Shown here in pieces: positions 63,710 to 64,000 of a DNA stretch of 64,000 bases. Below the pieces are notes generated by a model. That model was not told the DNA's origin. It ran no database searches and was given only the letters and a program-made list of their open reading frames with translations. The stretch lies in contig CM000436.1 of the NCBI GenBank assembly GCA_000165345.1, positions 896,001-960,000 on the forward strand, read 5' to 3'. The translations under genes were made by a program, and so were the position numbers. The stretch's first letter is position 1; every line of letters starts with the position of its first letter.

Positions 63710-64000
63710 CTAAAATTTTAAAAAGTTAGTCGAAGTTTACAGGCAAGTAAAAAAGTATTACTTTATTCATTTGGATATAGTAGTGGTGTAACACCATCAA
63801 GAAACAGGAAATTCTATCGGCTGACATTACCTCTACTTGAGTAATTCGTGAAAACCACGAACAATTGTTGAGAGATTCAACAAAAAGCGTTCAGTATATC
63901 CAAAATTGCAAGGCCAAATAATTTGACAGTTATATATTAAATCTCTTTATTTCAAAACATGTTATAATTAAACTTCTTTAATTATTCATGACTTTGAACC

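Overview
The window is AT-rich (roughly 68-70% AT overall, over 80% in intergenic DNA) and looks like a compact, gene-dense segment of a unicellular eukaryote, not a prokaryote. Reading frames end at TAA/TAG/TGA, so the nuclear code is standard. Several genes are single huge exons, including an 8.2 kb acetyl-CoA carboxylase and a 6.4 kb membrane glycoprotein. Others carry very short GT-AG introns of 43-115 nt, with GTAAGT-like donors and YTAAY branch points. I support about 31 protein-coding genes on both strands, at roughly one per 2 kb. I found no rRNA, tRNA, CRISPR arrays, transposons or operons. The first 17.4 kb is an accessory-type region: five intact paralogs and one decayed paralog (all five intact paralogs have cleavable signal peptides) share a conserved ...EPYQR.M.FAIE.CM.PS.WYLE.IHCM... 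core. From memory this core matches the Cryptosporidium-specific 'WYLE' secreted protein family. Together with E2F-like GGCGCC/TTTGGCGG boxes upstream of many genes, this makes a Cryptosporidium-like apicomplexan the most plausible source; that is an inference I could not verify. The rest of the window carries conserved housekeeping genes: UFC1 (missed by the ORF track because it has two introns), a Patched/NPC1-like RND protein, Rcl1, ACC, Dim1, Mpe1/RBBP6, an amino-acid transporter, a giant 2123-aa type I membrane glycoprotein, a type I DnaJ with a CaaX box, a Bet1-like SNARE and a Sec14-like protein. The supplied ORF track treats TTG/GTG as start codons, so several listed N-termini are artefacts; I re-set those starts to the first plausible ATG.
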